From: a virus
Virus record (IMG/VR): IMGVR_UViG_3300011258_001374
Span: 1-64,000 of that record
Reading direction: 5' to 3' (one strand)
Length of the DNA: 64,000 nucleotides
The notes beneath the pieces are model-generated. The model saw only the letters and a program-made list of their open reading frames with translations. It was not told where the DNA came from and ran no database searches. Positions within the stretch are counted from its first letter, which is position 1. Each line of letters opens with the position of its first letter. A program made the position numbers and the translations under genes. This document shows, one piece after another, positions 63,781-64,000 of this stretch.

Positions 63781-64000
63781 TTACTCTGGCTACGGCCAGA
63801 CTGAAGTTAGTGGAGGGGACCTCGAACTCCTCGCCGGACTGGCAGACCGACAGCTTGACCTCGAAGCCCAGATCGCGGCGAAGCAGAAGGAGGTCAAGGC
63901 GCTTGAGGCCGAAGTTCGCGAGATCTCCTGGAAGCAGATCCCTGAGCTTCTCGACTCGCTTAACATGGAATCCTTCAAGCTGAAAGACGGCAGCTCCATC
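63743..64000 (+). CDS. hypothetical coiled-coil protein, 3'-partial (runs off window)
   Basis: ATG 63743 then an open frame to the window end (MTQTTAQTPPAV...DLELLAGLADRQLDLEAQIAAKQKEVKALEAEV...); absent from the ORF track because no stop is reached. Confidence 0.35.
   Translation, partial: MTQTTAQTPPAVDYSGYGQTEVSGGDLELLAGLADRQLDLEAQIAAKQKEVKALEAEVREISWKQIPELLDSLNMESFKLKDGSSI

Noticed and set aside
63777-63983. 68 aa Arg/Ser-rich ORF from the track
   Set aside because: Low-complexity; the overlapping frame starting at 63743 encodes a far more protein-like coiled-coil sequence and is preferred.
1-64000. Diversity-generating retroelement (template/variable repeats near tail fibre genes) or retron
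   Set aside because: No reverse-transcriptase-like ORF (no YxDD motif) was found on either strand; the tandem repeats at 35.7-36.1 kb are simple in-frame peptide repeats.

Overview
This 64 kb window reads as one contiguous tailed-phage genome segment of about 60-62% GC; no integrase or repressor is visible, so there is no sign of lysogeny. Three blocks follow.
(1) 1-5.7 kb, plus strand: a replication operon whose genes are joined by overlapping stop/start codons, comprising DNA polymerase I family A (5'-partial at the window edge), a zinc-finger ORF, a VRR-NUC nuclease, an AEP primase fused to an SF3 helicase, and a small secreted protein, followed by a PEP-CTERM protein with its own RBS.
(2) 6.1-28.3 kb, minus strand: a long early/auxiliary block. 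It holds two tandem tRNAs (Lys-CTT and an Ala-TGC-like gene), an Rnl2-type RNA ligase, a SLOG/DUF2493 protein and an SPFH/band-7 protein. It also holds nucleotide-metabolism genes (thymidylate synthase, dCMP deaminase, a dCTP-deaminase/dUTPase-like protein, a DnaQ-like exonuclease), Tat-signal and PEP-CTERM exported proteins, and a cytosine-5 DNA methyltransferase flanked by an SprT-like metalloprotease and a HicA-like ORF. Many small genes in this block are preceded by a recurring promoter-like element.
(3) 28.9-64 kb, plus strand: late genes. Terminase small subunit, then a striking ~600 bp low-GC ATGCA/GCAAC-repeat non-coding region, then terminase large subunit, portal, a six-gene insertion that includes a tandem-repeat protein, and a Mu-F/SPP1-gp7-like head morphogenesis protein. 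Head genes continue with an XkdF-like protease, a scaffold, a DUF2190 decoration protein, a lambda-gpE-like major capsid protein and an E/R-rich coiled-coil protein. Tail genes follow: a tail-assembly chaperone pair with a predicted -1 frameshift, tape measure and a baseplate/fibre block. The window ends with a lysis cassette (holin, overlapping i-/o-spanins, a peptidase M15 endolysin separated from them by an HTH-metallophosphoesterase protein) and an SNF2 helicase.
The host is inferred to be a Gram-negative bacterium with an exosortase/PEP-CTERM system. The most unusual elements are the terS-terL repeat region, the tRNA-Lys plus RNA ligase pairing, and the SprT-methyltransferase-HicA cluster with a neighbouring Cys-rich/PP-loop-like pair. 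All calls rest on motif reading by eye; no database searches were possible.
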